From: Anaeramoeba ignava BMAN | Taxonomy: Eukaryota > Protista > Anaeramoebae | Assembly: GCA_028826165.1 (NCBI GenBank) | Contig: JAPDFW010000063.1 | Coordinates: forward strand, 62,001-126,000 | Reading direction: 5' to 3' | DNA length: 64,000 bases | Part shown: piece after piece, positions 63,707 through 64,000 of the stretch | How the letters are laid out: each line of letters starts with the position of its first letter | How positions within the stretch are numbered: the first letter of the stretch is position 1 | Position numbers and translations under genes: made by a program | The notes under the pieces: generated by a model | What the model was told of the DNA's origin: nothing | Seen by the model: only the letters and a program-made list of their open reading frames with translations | Databases searched by the model: none

Positions 63707-64000
63707 TCAACAACAATTTTTCTTTTTTTGATTATTTGTAAATGAATTAATTTGGAAATGATTATTATCTTGACGATGTTTGATTTCATTTTTTTGACTG
63801 TTTTTTTCAAATAAATCACCAACAGTTTCCCATAATTCTTGAATATTATGTCCAGTTTTAGAAGATATTTCAAAAAAATAACTATTCTTATCATTTGCTT
63901 TTTTTTTTCCTTCTTCAAGTGTTACTTTTCTTAATTTACTTGTTTCTTCTATTAAATCTAATTTGGTTCCAATTAATATAACAAAAGAATCTTCATTTGT
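63707..64000 (-). CDS. 3' part of a Rab GTPase running off the right edge
   Basis: Frame TNEDSFVILIGTKLDL..RKVTLEEGKKKA..FFEISSKTGHNIQELW..KKNCC* (G4, G5, CC prenylation motif). Confidence 0.88.
   Translation of the reverse strand, partial: TNEDSFVILIGTKLDLIEETSKLRKVTLEEGKKKANDKNSYFFEISSKTGHNIQELWETVGDLFEKNSQKNEIKHRQDNNHFQINSFTNNQKKKNCC

Overview
A very AT-rich, gene-dense eukaryotic (protist) genomic window that uses the standard code and GT-AG spliceosomal introns. The expanded BTB/RCC1/TLDc genes, many small GTPases and TCATTT initiator-like motif resemble the metamonad amoeba Anaeramoeba; this is inference, not verified. The first 12.2 kb is a head-to-tail array of six RCC1-propeller/tandem-BTB genes. 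Their scaffold and BTB parts are nearly identical, but about 12 short loop positions are hypervariable, Tyr/Ser/Gly/Asn-rich and shared between copies in a mosaic pattern. A Kelch propeller gene and a WD40 propeller gene nearby carry the same type of C-terminal BTB module. The WD40 gene encodes one repeat per phase-0 exon. At 39.8-45.2 kb, two direct arrays of a 144-bp repeat bracket a BTB-TLDc gene and a stray 3' fragment of an RCC1-BTB gene. Together these suggest a diversifying 'variable propeller + constant BTB' (putative Cullin-3 adaptor) repertoire. The rest is housekeeping: divergent actin, LRR protein, NDK, striatin, bZIP, PIP5K, Bdp1, a Cys-based phosphatase, two Rabs, Ras, DUF167, kinesin-5, an NRF-6-like acyltransferase, PPPDE-PUL and CUE-DUF1917. 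Introns are inflated by intron-specific simple repeats. Scattered single-base frameshifts, including in conserved genes, are most likely consensus errors. All gene models were built by hand from the sequence.
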